This document shows, piece after piece, positions 36,208 to 47,649 of a DNA stretch of 64,000 nt. The position numbers and the translations under genes were made by a program. Every line of letters begins with the position of its first letter. Positions within the stretch are counted from its first letter, which is position 1. The DNA lies in NCBI GenBank assembly GCA_963700315.1, contig CAVOXC010000001.1, positions 397,809 through 461,808 of the forward strand, given 5' to 3'. The DNA is from an uncultured Acidobacteriota bacterium (GTDB lineage Bacteria > Acidobacteriota > Thermoanaerobaculia > Multivoradales > JAGPDF01). Below the pieces are notes generated by a model that had not been told where the DNA came from, did no database searches, and worked only from the letters and a program-made list of their open reading frames with translations.

Positions 36208-38004
36208 ATGACGCTCGCCTTCTCGCCGAAGCTCCGTCTCGCCCCGCTCTGGCCCGCCGCCGCCGCGCTGCTGGTGGTGGCGGCGCTGCTCCTCTTTCAG
36301 CTGCCGAGCATTCTCTCCGGCGCTGCCGCGCGCGATCTGGAAGACACCGTTCTCATCGCCGCGCGCGCCCTGTCGCTGCCCGCCGAGGCTCCGAACTCCG
36401 TCCCCGACATCGACCTTCAAGATGCCGCTCGAAACTGGGTGCGCGGCACCTCACTTCGGCTCACGGTGATCGCCGCGGACGGCAGAGTCTTCGCCGACAG
36501 TGCGCGCACAGGTGACGAAGTGGCGGCGATGGCCAATCACCGGCTTCGCCCCGAGGTCGTCGCCGCGCTCGACCGAGGCACCGGAAACGCAACTCGCCGC
36601 AGCGCCACGACCGGAATCGAGACCGCGTACGCCGCGCATCTGGTTCCCGCGGAGGGAGAGCTCTCCTGGATCGTCCGCGTCGCCGTGCCAATCTCGACGG
36701 CGACCGTCGTGGCGCGACACATTGCGCGTGCCTTGCTGCTCTCCGCGCTGGCTGCGGCGGTCGTCGTCGCGCTCCTCGCGGCCTGGCTGGGCCGGCGTCT
36801 CTTCGGTCCGCTCGCCGATCTCATCGGGGCGGCCGACGCGCTCGGGCGCGGTGAATACGAAGTGGACATTCCGCTGCCCGACCCCCCCGAGCTCGCCACT
36901 CTCGGCCGCGCCCTCGACCGTATCGCCACCGAGGCGCGCCGCCAGATCGCCGCGGTTGGCGCGGAGCGCAACCACCTGCGCTCGACCATCGCCGGCATGG
37001 GCGAGGGCGTGCTGATGGCGGACCGGGCTGGTAACGCTCTGCTGGTCAATCCGGCCTTCCGGTCGCTGCTCGGGGTCGCCGCGGACGCATCCGCAGAAGA
37101 GGTCCTGGCGCTCGCCCGCCAACCGCGATTGGGCGACCTGATCGAGCGCACGCTCGCCCATGGCATCGTGGGCGCGGAACAGATCACCCTGACCGAGCCG
37201 AGGCGCCGGATCGTCGCGTTGGCGGCGCAAGCGCTCGTCGAAGATCAGGGCGTCGTCGTGGTCGCCCGCGACATCACCGAGTCGGAGCAGTTGCACCAGA
37301 TGCGCAAAGACTTCGTGGCCAACGTCTCCCACGAGCTCCGCACGCCGCTCGCTGCAATTCATGGCTACGCCGAGACGCTCGTCGACGGCGCCGTCGCCGC
37401 GCCGGACACCGCCATGCGCTTCAGTCGCAGAATCCTCGACCAGTGCCGTCGCCTGGGCGAACTGCTCGATGACCTGCTCACGCTGTCGCGCCTCGAAGGC
37501 GCCGAGCCCTTGCGCGCATTCGAAGCAGTCGACCTCCGGAATACCGCGGCCGAGGGGATCGAGCTGCTGGCCGGTCGCGCCGCCGCCAGGCAGGTTGCCG
37601 TCGATCTCGAGCCGGGCGCGCCGGGGACCGTCCGCGGTGACGCCGACGGCCTCTTGCGGCTCGTGTCCAACCTGATCGACAACGCGATCAAATACAACCG
37701 CTCCGGCGGCACCGTTCAGGTGCGCGTGCTGGAGAGGGACGGCCATGCCGTGCTCGAGGTCGCCGACAGCGGCATCGGCATTCCGGCCACCGCGCTGCCG
37801 CGTATCTTCGAGCGCTTCTACCGGGTCGACAAGGGCCGCGCCCGCGAGGAGGGCGGCACCGGGCTTGGCCTCGCGATCGTCAAACACGTCGCCCACGCGC
37901 ACTCTGGACGGGTCGAGGTCGAGAGCGACCCCGGCCGCGGCACCACCTTCCGGGTCCTGATCCCCCGCCACTCCAGCAACCCCGAAAACCGCCCGTCGGG
38001 GTGA
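36208..38004 (+). CDS. phoR: PhoR-like sensor histidine kinase
   Basis: ATG 36208 is followed by a TM segment. The H-box is [21 protein letters not shown], the N-box LIDNAIKYN, and the G-boxes DSGIGIP and [12 protein letters not shown]. The upstream part of ORF 35971 is non-coding leader. Confidence 0.85.
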   Translation: MTLAFSPKLRLAPLWPAAAALLVVAALLLFQLPSILSGAAARDLEDTVLIAARALSLPAEAPNSVPDIDLQDAARNWVRGTSLRLTVIAADGRVFADSARTGDEVAAMANHRLRPEVVAALDRGTGNATRRSATTGIETAYAAHLVPAEGELSWIVRVAVPISTATVVARHIARALLLSALAAAVVVALLAAWLGRRLFGPLADLIGAADALGRGEYEVDIPLPDPPELATLGRALDRIATEARRQIAAVGAERNHLRSTIAGMGEGVLMADRAGNALLVNPAFRSLLGVAADASAEEVLALARQPRLGDLIERTLAHGIVGAEQITLTEPRRRIVALAAQALVEDQGVVVVARDITESEQLHQMRKDFVANVSHELRTPLAAIHGYAETLVDGAVAAPDTAMRFSRRILDQCRRLGELLDDLLTLSRLEGAEPLRAFEAVDLRNTAAEGIELLAGRAAARQVAVDLEPGAPGTVRGDADGLLRLVSNLIDNAIKYNRSGGTVQVRVLERDGHAVLEVADSGIGIPATALPRIFERFYRVDKGRAREEGGTGLGLAIVKHVAHAHSGRVEVESDPGRGTTFRVLIPRHSSNPENRPSG

Positions 38005-38065
38005 GGGCGGCGCGGATACGCCCTGATACTTTCCGGACCAGATTCCGTGGCGGAGGAGTTCCCGA

Positions 38066-40027
38066 ATGAGCGACCAAGGGGCGCGTCGCGACGGTGGAGA
38101 GGTCAGTCTCTCCCATTCGCAACAAGCGGCCATCGAGAAGCTCCAGAAGGACGAGGTGGTCATCCGGCCGGCGGTCGCGCTGGCGCGGGGGGCTTACATC
38201 GCCAACGACTCGGTCGAGCGCGCCCACGCCGCGGCGGACCCTGACCTCTTCTGGGCCGAGCGCTCCGAAGAGATCGACTGGATCGAGCCGTGGGACGAGG
38301 TCCTCCGCTTCGACCTGCCACACCACCAGTGGTTCGTCGGCGGCAAGCTCAACGCTACCGTCAACTGTCTCGACCGTCACGTCTACGGCGACCGGCGCAA
38401 CAAGGCCGCCCTGATCTGGGTCGGCGAGGACGGCGCGGAGACGGCGTATACCTACAATCGCCTCTATCGCGAGACCAATCGCTTCGCGAACGCGCTGAAG
38501 CGCCTCGACGTCCGCCGCGGCGACCGCGTCGTGCTCTACATGCCGCTGGTTCCGGAGGGGATCATCGCCATGCTGGCCTGCGCGCGCATCGGTGCGATCC
38601 ATTCGGTGGTCTATGCCGGCATGGGCACGCTGGCGCTGCGCTCGCGCATCGAGGATTCCGAGGCCAAGGTCGTCGTCTGCTCCGACTTCACTTATCGGCG
38701 CGGCAAGCAAGTACCGCTCAAGCCGACGGTCGAAGAGGCGGTGCGTGATCTCACCTTCATCGAGCACGTCGTCGTCCATCGCCGCGGTTCGCGGCCCGGC
38801 GACGCGCCAGTGACGTTCGAGAGCGAGCGCGAGAAGGACTTCTACGACATCCAGAACGCGCGCGACATCCACTGTGCCGCCGAGCCGATGGACAGCGAGG
38901 ACCCCCTGTTCATCCTCTACACCTCGGGCACGACCGGCCGGCCCAAGGGGGTCGTGCACACCACCGGCGGCTACATGGTCGGCGTCACCTACCTCGCCCG
39001 CGCCTACTATCAGATCGGCGAGCGAGACATCTACTGGAGCACCTCGGACATCGGCTGGATCGTCGGCCACTCGTTCATCGTCTACGGCCCCTTGTCGATC
39101 GGCGCGACCGTCTTCTGCCGCGAAGGCGTGCCCGACTATCCCTCTCCGGACGTCACCTGGGAGCTGGTCGAGCGCTTCGGCATCAACGTCATGTTCACCT
39201 CGCCTACGGCGGTGCGGATGTGGATGAGCCACGGCGACGAGGTCCCCAGGCGCTTCGACCTCTCGCGCCTCCGGCTGCTCGCCTGCGCCGGCGAGCCGCT
39301 CAACCCGGCGGCACATCTCTGGGCCCAGGAGCATCTCGTCGGACAGGGGCAGGGGTTGGTCGTCGACAACTTCTGGCAGACCGAGGTCGCGGCGCCGATG
39401 CTGGGCAGCCTCCCCACCTTCGACGTGAAGCCTGGCAAGGTCGGCAAACCGCTGCCCGGCGTCGCGGCAGACGTCGTGGATCCCGACGGCAACTCGCTGC
39501 CCGACGGCCACGGAGGACTGCTGGTGCTGCGCCGGCCGCTCCCCTACATGCTCCGCACGGTCTGGAACGATCCCGAGCGCTACGCCGACTATTGGCGGCA
39601 GATTCCCGGCTGCTACGCCGCCGGAGATATCGCCGTGCGCGATGCCGACGGCTACTTCGCCGTTCTCGGCCGCGCCGACGACGTGCTCAACGTCGCCGGC
39701 CACCGCATCGGCACGGCCGACGTCGAGAGCTCGCTGCTCCGCCATCCGGCCGTCGCCGAGAGCGCGGTGGTCGGGCTGCCCGATCCGATCAAGGGCGAGC
39801 GGATCAAGGCCTTCGTCGTGCTCAAGCCGGGCACCAACGCGGGCTCCGGCCTGATCGCGAGCCTGCGCGACCACGTGCGCCAGGACCTCGGACCGATCGC
39901 CGCCCCCGCGGAGATCGAAGTCAAGACGAGCCTGCCCAAGACCCGCTCGGGCAAGATCGTGCGCCGCTATCTGAAGGCGATCGAGCTCGGCGAGGATCCC
40001 GGAGACCTGTCGACGCTGTCCGACTGA
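38066..40027 (+). CDS. acs: acetyl-CoA synthetase (AMP-forming)
   Basis: Intact 653-aa ORF with the AMP-binding motif [11 protein letters not shown] and ...[12 protein letters not shown]. The RBS GGAGGAG precedes ATG 38066. Confidence 0.9.
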   Translation: MSDQGARRDGGEVSLSHSQQAAIEKLQKDEVVIRPAVALARGAYIANDSVERAHAAADPDLFWAERSEEIDWIEPWDEVLRFDLPHHQWFVGGKLNATVNCLDRHVYGDRRNKAALIWVGEDGAETAYTYNRLYRETNRFANALKRLDVRRGDRVVLYMPLVPEGIIAMLACARIGAIHSVVYAGMGTLALRSRIEDSEAKVVVCSDFTYRRGKQVPLKPTVEEAVRDLTFIEHVVVHRRGSRPGDAPVTFESEREKDFYDIQNARDIHCAAEPMDSEDPLFILYTSGTTGRPKGVVHTTGGYMVGVTYLARAYYQIGERDIYWSTSDIGWIVGHSFIVYGPLSIGATVFCREGVPDYPSPDVTWELVERFGINVMFTSPTAVRMWMSHGDEVPRRFDLSRLRLLACAGEPLNPAAHLWAQEHLVGQGQGLVVDNFWQTEVAAPMLGSLPTFDVKPGKVGKPLPGVAADVVDPDGNSLPDGHGGLLVLRRPLPYMLRTVWNDPERYADYWRQIPGCYAAGDIAVRDADGYFAVLGRADDVLNVAGHRIGTADVESSLLRHPAVAESAVVGLPDPIKGERIKAFVVLKPGTNAGSGLIASLRDHVRQDLGPIAAPAEIEVKTSLPKTRSGKIVRRYLKAIELGEDPGDLSTLSD

Positions 40028-40034
40028 CCCGCCA

Positions 40035-40064
40035 GGCCCGAGGCCGCTCCGAGCCTCCCGGGCC
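40035..40064 (+). terminator. imperfect GC-rich hairpin after acs (possible terminator)
   Basis: GGCCCGAGG pairs with CCTCCCGGGCC, with a bulge. There is no T tract. Confidence 0.3.
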
Positions 40065-40065
40065 G

Positions 40066-40094
40066 CTGTTGCACCCCTGTCACAGCCGCGTCGC
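40066..40094 (+). promoter_or_regulatory. Pho box-like repeats upstream of the O/P porin gene
   Basis: The sequence is CTGTTGC accc CTGTCAC agcc GCGTCGC, 11-bp phased, about 125 nt upstream of ATG 40219. Confidence 0.6.
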
Positions 40095-40218
40095 ACCGAC
40101 GCGGGACCCGGTTCGTATCGTGCCGGCGATCCCGAGGCACCTCGGTCTCCGCTTCCGGAGAGAGGGCTCGCCCCGCGGAGCCGAATCGAGTCCCATACCT
40201 GTGAGGAGGTCATCCGAG

Positions 40219-41532
40219 ATGAGAATGAAGACGATCGTCGCTGCGACCCTCTGCCTGCTCGCGCTCTCGGGCGCAACCGCGGCCAGTGCCCAGATCATGG
40301 GCTTGTACTACCAGGAGACGGAGAAGGATGGACGGGTCTACGTGTTCAACACGCCCGAGGCCTACAAGGCTTTCTCCGAGTCGGGCGAGATGGGCAAGTC
40401 AATCACCCTGATCGGCCGCGCCGAGGGCGGCAAGACCCTGGTCGCCGAGAACGAGACCGCGGTCGACCTCTATCTCTTCAAGCACAACCTGCCCGGCTAC
40501 GAGCGCGAGACCAGGGAGTTCAGTCTCCCCTTCGAGGTCTCCTGGAAGGACGGCAAGACCTCGATCAAGTCGGAGAGCTCCGAGCTCAAGATCTCGAACC
40601 GCGTGCAGGTCCGATTCACCCAAGAGGACCCGGACGGCGGCGACGGCAAGGGCTCGTTTCGCATCCGCCGCGCCAAGACCAAGTTCGAGGGCTGGGTCTA
40701 CACCAAAGACTTGAGCTACGAGCTGCAGATCAACTCGGCGAGCTCGAGCCTGCTCGAGGACGCCAACATCAACTACGACTTCACCGGTGGCAAAGACGCC
40801 TTTCAGCTCAAGATCGGCCGCTTCAAGGTGCCCTTCGGCCGCCAGGAGCTGACCTCCTCCGGCTCGCAGGAGTTCGTCGACCGCTCGATCGTCTCCAACG
40901 AGTTCGCCAAGGGGCGCGACAACGGTGTCCAAATCCACGGCGTAGGCGCGAAGGGCAAGTTCCACTGGGCCGGCGGCATCTTCAACGGCGCCGGACAGAC
41001 CGCATCGACCAATGACAACGACAAATACCAGTTCGACGCCCGCATCCAGTACGACCTGCTGGGCGTCGACAAGAAACCCTCCGAGGTCGACTTCGATTCG
41101 AAGGGCTCGCCGATCCTCGCCATCGCCCTGCAGTACGAGTCGAACGACAAGTTCGGCGCTACTTCCGGCGACGACACCGACCGCAGCATCGTCGGTGGCG
41201 ATCTGATGTTCAAGATGGCGGGGTTCTTCGCCTTCGTCGAGTATTTCGACGCCAGCGTCGACCGCGAGTCGGGAGCCTCGTTCGATCAGCAAGGCCTGCA
41301 CGGCCAAATTGGCTATCTCGTCAACGGCAAGTTCGACATCGCGCTTCGCTACGCAACGTGGGACCCTTCCAAGAGCGTCGCCGACAACGACCGCACCGAG
41401 ACGGGCGTGGCCCTCGGCTACTTCTGGAACAAGCACAACCACAAGCTGCAGGCCGACTATCGCCAGGTCAAGGACGACGCAAACGACACCAAGAACAACG
41501 AGCTCCGGTTGCAGTACCAGATCGTCTTCTGA
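40219..41532 (+). CDS. phosphate-selective porin O/P family outer-membrane protein
   Basis: The RBS GAGGAGG precedes ATG 40219. The signal peptide is AATLCLLALSGATAASA. RIRRAKTKFEGW and IGRFKVPFGRQE are Porin_O_P-like. The C-terminus LRLQYQIVF is a beta-barrel signature. Confidence 0.8.
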   Translation: MRMKTIVAATLCLLALSGATAASAQIMGLYYQETEKDGRVYVFNTPEAYKAFSESGEMGKSITLIGRAEGGKTLVAENETAVDLYLFKHNLPGYERETREFSLPFEVSWKDGKTSIKSESSELKISNRVQVRFTQEDPDGGDGKGSFRIRRAKTKFEGWVYTKDLSYELQINSASSSLLEDANINYDFTGGKDAFQLKIGRFKVPFGRQELTSSGSQEFVDRSIVSNEFAKGRDNGVQIHGVGAKGKFHWAGGIFNGAGQTASTNDNDKYQFDARIQYDLLGVDKKPSEVDFDSKGSPILAIALQYESNDKFGATSGDDTDRSIVGGDLMFKMAGFFAFVEYFDASVDRESGASFDQQGLHGQIGYLVNGKFDIALRYATWDPSKSVADNDRTETGVALGYFWNKHNHKLQADYRQVKDDANDTKNNELRLQYQIVF

Positions 41533-41539
41533 GTTGTTC

Positions 41540-41590
41540 CCTCGGGACGGCAAGACCTTCGGTCCTCGAGGTCTCCCCGCCCTTTTTTTT
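41540..41590 (+). terminator. rho-independent terminator after the porin gene
   Basis: The nested stems are CCTCG...GACC-ttcg-GGTC...CGAGG. A run of eight T follows at 41583-41590, 8 nt after the porin stop. Confidence 0.7.
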
Positions 41591-41619
41591 CCTGCTAGCC
41601 TTCCCGCGGAGCCAACGAG

Positions 41620-42285
41620 ATGGAACGACATCGCGAGCAAGACCTCGAGAGAATCCGCCAGACGCTGCTGCGCATGGGCGGACTGGTCGAGCGCATGATT
41701 GGAGAAGCGATGCAGTCGATCATGGAGCGAGACGCCGCGCGGGCCGAGGCGGTGGTGCGCACCGACGTCGACGTCGATGGCCTGGAGAAAGAGCTCGACG
41801 AACAGATTTCCCGCTACTTGGCCTTGCAGCAGCCCACCGCCGTCGATCTACGCTTCCTGGTGGCGACCATGAAGATCGCCAACGATCTCGAGCGGATGGG
41901 TGACTCCGCGGTCAACGTCGCCGAGGCCGCCGAGGTGCTCAACACCGAGCCGCCGCTCAAGCCCTACATCGACTTGCCACGCCTCGCACTGATCACGCAG
42001 GAGATGGTGCGCGCCGCTCTCGACAGCTTCGTGCGCAAGGACGCCCGCGCCGCGCTCGACGTCTGCCGCCGCGACGACGAGGTCGACGGCCTCTACCGGC
42101 AGCTGTTTCGCGAGCTGCTGACCTACATGATGGAAGACCCGCGCACGGTGACCCGCGCGCTGCACCTCCTGCTCGTGGCCCGCAACTACGAGCGCATCGC
42201 CGATCACGCCACCAACATCGGCGAGGACGTCATCTTCTACGTCGAGGGGCGCGACATTCGCCATTCGACCCCCACCGAAGTCTGA
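41620..42285 (+). CDS. phoU: phosphate signalling complex protein PhoU
   Basis: Intact 221-aa ORF with two PhoU repeats (IANDLERMGD and ARNYERIADHATNI). Confidence 0.9.
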   Translation: MERHREQDLERIRQTLLRMGGLVERMIGEAMQSIMERDAARAEAVVRTDVDVDGLEKELDEQISRYLALQQPTAVDLRFLVATMKIANDLERMGDSAVNVAEAAEVLNTEPPLKPYIDLPRLALITQEMVRAALDSFVRKDARAALDVCRRDDEVDGLYRQLFRELLTYMMEDPRTVTRALHLLLVARNYERIADHATNIGEDVIFYVEGRDIRHSTPTEV

Positions 42286-42298
42286 GCGAGCGCACTTC

Positions 42299-42329
42299 GG
42301 CCGCCCGCCGAGGCCACATCCGGGCGGCC
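42299..42329 (+). terminator. GC-rich hairpin after phoU (possible terminator, no T tract)
   Basis: GGCCGCCCG pairs with CGGGCGGCC across a 13-nt loop. Confidence 0.4.
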
Positions 42330-42357
42330 TCCCGCTATTGCTGGCGCGAAACCCTGG

Positions 42358-42397
42358 CTGTCACCTCGCTGTAACAGTCTCTTTCAACGCCTGACAT
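42358..42397 (+). promoter_or_regulatory. Pho box array upstream of pstS (four 7-mers at 11-bp phasing)
   Basis: The sequence is CTGTCAC ctcg CTGTAAC agtc TCTTTCA acgc CTGACAT, about 125-165 nt upstream of pstS ATG 42523. It matches the E. coli-type CTGTCAT-N4 direct-repeat architecture. Confidence 0.75.
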
Positions 42398-42522
42398 ACG
42401 CCGCTGGGAGACTGCTCCCCGTGCCGGAAGAGCCGTTTCCATCTCGCCCCACGGCGAGTGGACGCCGCCACGGATGTCAATCGCCCGACCCCGTTCGGGC
42501 CCCCGATCAAGGAGGAGCACGC

Positions 42523-43488
42523 ATGAAACTGTCGTCGATCTTCATGAGCCCGGCCCTCGCGCTCGTCGCCGTAGCGCCGCTCGCCGCGCAGCCGGCCCAG
42601 GTGGACGCCGCTATCCCCGGCTACCAGAAGGCCAGCGGTGTCTCGGGCAACCTGAGCTCCATCGGCTCGGACACCCTCAACAACCTGATGACCTTCTGGG
42701 CCGAGGGCTTCCAGAAGCAGTACCCCAACGTCCGCGTCCAGATCGAGGGCAAGGGCTCCTCGACCGCCCCGCCGGCGCTGATCTCCGGGACCTCTCAGCT
42801 CGGCCCGATGAGCCGGCCGATGAAGGCCGAAGAGGTCGACGCCTTCGAAAAGAAGTACGGCTACAAGCCCTCGGTCGCTCGCGTCGCCATCGACGGCATC
42901 GGCGTTTACGTCAACAAAGACAACCCGATCGAGAAGATGACCTTGGCGCAGGTCGACGGTGTCTTCTCGAAGACCCGCAAACTGGGCGACAAGGACGTCA
43001 AGACTTGGGGCGACGTCGGACTCGCCGGCGACTGGGCCGGCAAGCCGGTCTCGGTCTACGGCCGTAACTCGGCGTCCGGCACCTACGGCTTCTTCAAGGA
43101 CGTCGCGCTCGCCAAGGGCGACTACAAGGACTCCGTGAAGGAGCAGCCGGGCTCGGCCTCGGTCGTTCAGGGCGTCACCGAGGACCGCTACGGCATCGGC
43201 TACAGCGGCATCGGTTACCAGACCTCCGGCGTCAAGACGGTCGAGCTCGCCGGCAAGGACGGCAAGTTCTACAGCACGGACGCCTCGGACGTCCTCTCCG
43301 GCAAGTATCCGCTGTCGCGCTACCTCTACGTCTACTTCAATGCAGCCCCGAATCGACCGCTCGATCCGCTGGTCCGCGAATTCCTCGAGTTCGTCCTCTC
43401 CAAGGAGGGGCAAGCGATCGTGGTCAAGGACGGCTACCTGCCGATCTCGGCGGCGATCGTCACCGAGGAGAGCTCCAAGCTCGAGTAG
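42523..43488 (+). CDS. pstS: phosphate ABC transporter substrate-binding protein
   Basis: The RBS AAGGAGGAG precedes ATG 42523. The signal peptide is [17 protein letters not shown]. The PBP-like sequence reads GSDTLNNLM...[25 protein letters not shown]. Confidence 0.88.
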   Translation: MKLSSIFMSPALALVAVAPLAAQPAQVDAAIPGYQKASGVSGNLSSIGSDTLNNLMTFWAEGFQKQYPNVRVQIEGKGSSTAPPALISGTSQLGPMSRPMKAEEVDAFEKKYGYKPSVARVAIDGIGVYVNKDNPIEKMTLAQVDGVFSKTRKLGDKDVKTWGDVGLAGDWAGKPVSVYGRNSASGTYGFFKDVALAKGDYKDSVKEQPGSASVVQGVTEDRYGIGYSGIGYQTSGVKTVELAGKDGKFYSTDASDVLSGKYPLSRYLYVYFNAAPNRPLDPLVREFLEFVLSKEGQAIVVKDGYLPISAAIVTEESSKLE

Positions 43489-43582
43489 TCCCCGTCGGCG
43501 CCACGAGACCCGTCGACGAGCGTTCCGCCGCCGAGCCCGTCGCAGCGCCGCCAGTGGCTCTTGAGCCGCCAGGAGAATTCAG

Positions 43583-45908
43583 ATGGCCCTGCTCGAAGGC
43601 AAGGTCGAACAGCCCACTCCCGCGCGTGCCGTGAACCGACGCTGGAGCGCCGACCGCACTTCCCGGCGGCGGCTCTGGACCGATCGAGCCGCCCGCTGGG
43701 TGGTCACGGGCGGCGGCCTCGCGATCATCGCGAGCATCCTCGGCATCCTGGTCTTTATCCTGATCGAGGTCTGGCCCCTGACGCGCCCGGCTCGGGTGAC
43801 GGTCGGCCGTTCCGTTCCGGTCTCTACTCGTGTCGAAGCGATCCTGGTCGACGAATACCAAACCCACGCCGTGACTCTCGGTCCGGGCGGCACGCTCCGG
43901 GTTCTGAGGTTGACGGACGGCGCGGTCCTCGAGGAGCGCCCGTTGCTGCCGTCCACGCCCGTCGGCGAGACCGCCGCACCCGCCGATCCGGCCACCGGGG
44001 GCTCGCCTCGCAAGGTCCCGCGAGCGAGCATCGTCACGGCGAGCTCGCCGCCCGGCGGTCAGTCGATCGTCGCAGCCACGACCGACGGGCGCGTGCTCGG
44101 ACAACCGGTCAGCTGGCGGATCGAGTTCGACGAGAACCAGAACCGCAGCGTGCACGCGGAGTTCCCGGACCCCGTCGACATCGAGCTCGATCCCGAGCGA
44201 CGCCCGCTCGGAGCGTTCGCCGTGCAGTTCTCCGGGCGCGAGAGCGTGGCCGCGGCGGCTCAGCTCGCGGACGGCAGCGTCGTCGCGCTCCGGCGCGAAT
44301 CGACCGAGAATGCTTTCACCGGCGAAGTCGACAGCAGCGAAGAGCGAATGACCTTCGCGGCCGTGCCGGCGCTGACGACGCTGCTCCTCGACACCGAGCA
44401 CCGCAATCTGTTCGGCGGCACGGCGAGCGGCGAGCTCTACTGGTGGCAGCTCGACGCGGGCCCCGGCGCCGCGCCCGATCGCGCCCGCGCCGGGTCCTCC
44501 GCGATCACGGCGATGACTTTCTTGATCGGCGACCGCTCGCTGGTCGTGGGCCAGCGCAGCGGCGCGATCTCGGTCTGGTTCCCCGTTCGCCAGGCCGACG
44601 ACACGACGTTTCATCTGACCAGGATCCGGGACTTCCCCGCTCACGACGCCGCGATCGTCCAGATCGAGCCGTCCAAGCGCAACCGGACGTTCTTGGTGAG
44701 CGACGCCGGCGGCACGCTCGGCTTCTACTTCTCGACCACCGCTCGCACGTTGTGGAAGGGCGCCTCGCCGGTGGGCGAGACCACCGCCGCGGTGATCTCG
44801 CCCAAAGGGGACGGTGCCTTCCTGGCATCGCCGGAGGAGCTCGCGTTCGTCGCCATCGACAACCCCCATCCGGAGGTGTCGTGGCGCGCGTTCTTCGGCA
44901 GGGTCTGGTACGAGGGCTACGAGAAGCCCGACTTGGTCTGGCAGTCGACCGGCGGTTCCGACGACTTCGAATCCAAGCTCTCGCTGACCCCGCTCATCAT
45001 CGGCACGCTCAAGGGCACCGTCTATTCCCTGTTGATCGCGATCCCGCTCGCGATCCTGGGCGCGATGTTCGCCTCGCAGTTCCTCCACCCGCGGCTACTC
45101 GGGATCATCAAGCCGACCGTCGAGATCATGGCGGCGCTGCCCTCGGTCGTGCTCGGATTCCTCGCCGGACTCTGGTTGGCGCCGATTCTCGAGCGCATCT
45201 TCCCCGCCGTCCTGCTGATGTTCCTGCTGGCTCCGCTCTTCGTCTGGATCGCCGGCGTCAGCTGGCATCGCGTTCCGCTGCGCCACCGCGGCCACTTCCC
45301 GACCGGTGCCGAGGTCTTCCTCTACCTGGCTGTCGTCGCGTTCGCGCTCTGGCTCGCCTCCCGCCTCGGACCGGCCTTCGAGCGGCTCGCCTTCGACGGC
45401 CACTTCCAGGGCTGGCTCTACGACGCCACGGGCATGCGCTACGACCAGCGCAACGCGGTGGTGGTCGGGCTCGCGATGGGCTTCGCGGTCATCCCGATCA
45501 TCTTCGCGATCGCCGAGGACGCCTTCTCGAACGTCCCGCGCAATCTGATCGCCGGTTCGCTGGCGCTCGGCGCCAATCGCTGGCAGACGGTGACGCGCGT
45601 GGTCCTGCCGACCGCCTAGCCCGGGCATCTTCTCGGCCGTGATGATCGGCTTCGGTCGCGCCGTCGGCGAGACGATGATCGTGCTGATGGCGACCGGCAA
45701 CACGCCGATCATGGACTGGAGCCCGTTCAACGGCTTCCGCACGCTCTCCGCCAACATCGCCGTCGAGATCCCCGAGGCGCCGTTCGGCGGCACGCTCTAC
45801 CGGGCGCTCTTCCTGGCCGCGCTGCTGCTGTTCGCCTTCACGTTCGTCGTCAACACCGCGGCCGAGCTCGTGCGACAGCGCCTGCGCCGCAAGTACGCCC
45901 AGCTCTGA
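43583..45908 (+). pseudogene. pstC: long-form phosphate ABC transporter permease PstC with ~450-aa extracytoplasmic N-terminal domain; in-frame TAG from one extra T
   Basis: The RBS AGGAGAA precedes ATG 43583. One N-terminal TM segment is followed by a large non-membrane region, then the permease core. Reading acc gcc [t]agc ccg ggc at 45617 gives ...VVLPTA*, while deleting the T gives VVLPTASPGIFSAVMIGFGRAVGETM, the conserved ABC-permease loop. Confidence 0.85.
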
Positions 45909-45958
45909 GACCACGGCCATGCCCGCCGACCAGCCAGCGCCAGCGTGATCTCTTCGGT

Positions 45959-47562
45959 ATGTCGATGACCGCCCTGTGCGGCGGCGCGCTCGCGCTCAAC
46001 CTGCTCCTGATCCTCGGCCTGCTCCTCCTCATCGGCTACCAGGGCGGCCGCTACTTCTGGCAGAAAGAGCTGGTCCGGATCGAACGCGGCGACGCCCCGC
46101 CGCTGCTCGGCGAGGTGCATGCGATCGAGACCGTGCCCGCTCCGGTGCCGGGTGGCGCGCCGATCTCGCGCGTCCAGCTGCGCGTCGGCAACCGCGACCT
46201 TACCGGCGCCGATTTCGTGTGGGTCGACGACGGCGATATCGCGGAGCGCAGCCGCCCCGCCGACGCGATCCTGCTCGAGCGCCAGGAATGGGGTCACCTT
46301 CTATGGCTACATGGTCGAGCTGCGGCGCGGCGATCGAGGTGCTCGCCCGCGGCGGCGACGCGGTCTGGGCCGCGTTCGCTCCCCTGCACGAGAAGAAGAT
46401 GGCCGAGCGCGAAGGGATCCACGACCTCGAGCAGGGCGAGATCGGCGACGTCAACTACGAGATCGAGCAGCTTCGTCTCGCTGAACGGCGTCTCGAGCTC
46501 GATCCGCCGCCGGCCGGCGAGCTAGAGCGCCGCACGGCCGAGCTCACAACAGCGCTCGAGAGGCGCGAGGCGGAATATCACGCCGCCGCCGAGCGCCTGT
46601 TCGCAATGCGCACGGAGCTCGAGGCCGAGCGCCTGATCGTCGAGGCCGCGGACGGCACGCGCAAGGACCTAGCCGTCGGAGCGGTCGTGCGCGCCTTGCG
46701 ACCCAACGAGATGGGTCCGCTGGCGAAGCTGGGGCTCTACGCCTCGCGCACCTGGGAGTTCGTCGCCGACGATCCGCGCGAGTCGAACACCGAGGGCGGC
46801 GTCTTCCCGGCGATCTTCGGCACTGTGATGATGGTTTTTCTGATGTCCATCGCGGTCGTGCCCCTCGGCGTGATGGCCGCTATCTACTTGCGCGAGTACG
46901 CCCAGCAGGGCGCGCTGGTGCGGATGGTGCGCATCGCGGTCAACAACCTGGCCGGCGTGCCGTCGATCGTCTTCGGCGTCTTCGGCCTCGGCTTCTTCGT
47001 CTACACGGTCGGCGGCACGATCGATCGCTGGTTCTACGCCGAGGCGCTGCCGACGCCGACCTACGGCACCGGCGGCATCCTCTGGGCGAGCCTGACGCTC
47101 GCCCTGCTCACCGTGCCGGTCGTGATCGTCGCGACCGAGGAAGGGCTCGCCGCGGTGCCCGGCATCGTGCGCGATGGCTCACTCGCGCTCGGCGCCACCA
47201 AGTGGGAGACGACATGGAAAGTGGTGGTGCCGGCCGCCGCACCCGGCATGCTCACCGGGGTCATCCTGGCGATGGCTCGCGCCGCTGGCGAGGTGGCGCC
47301 GCTGATGATCGTCGGCATGGTCAAGCTCGCGCCGACGCTGCCGCTCGATGGACGCGTCCCTTTCGTCCACCTGGAGCGCAAGTTCATGCACCTCGGCTTT
47401 CACATCTACGACGTCGGCTTCCAGAGCCCCAACGTCGACGCCACCAAGCCGCTGGTCTTCGCCACCGCGTTGCTGCTGATTCTGATCGTCACCGCGATGA
47501 ACCTGGTCGCGATCGCGGTTCGCAACCACCTCCGGCGCAAGTACACCGGGAGCGCCGTCTGA
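45959..47562 (+). pseudogene. pstA: long-form phosphate ABC transporter permease PstA, at least two frame disruptions
   Basis: Sense follows frame 2 (…LLERQEWG), frame 0 (TFYGYMVELRRG) and frame 1 (IEVLARGGDAVW…), with switches near 46295 and 46332. The permease core is LALGATKWETTWKVVVPAA...AAGEVAPLM. The true start may be ATG 45919, which would need one further shift. Confidence 0.8.
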
Positions 47563-47649
47563 TGGACGGAGGGACGCTCGACATCGATCTCGACCGCTGA
47601 CCCGGCGCTCGATCCGGCGATCGAAAGGCCGATCCTCGAGATCGACAAA

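Noticed and set aside
37880-40276. 798-aa ORF antisense to acs. Similar long antisense ORFs include 36451-38163, 40399-41640, 42361-43413, 43460-45088, 47179-48423, 24879-26543, 26583-27764, 58634-60043, 59950-61251, 891-1829 and 48830-49819.
   Set aside because: The translations are Arg/Gly/Ala/Pro-rich and low in complexity, with no recognisable motifs. Each lies opposite a gene with clear family signatures. Long stop-free antisense frames are expected at this GC content.
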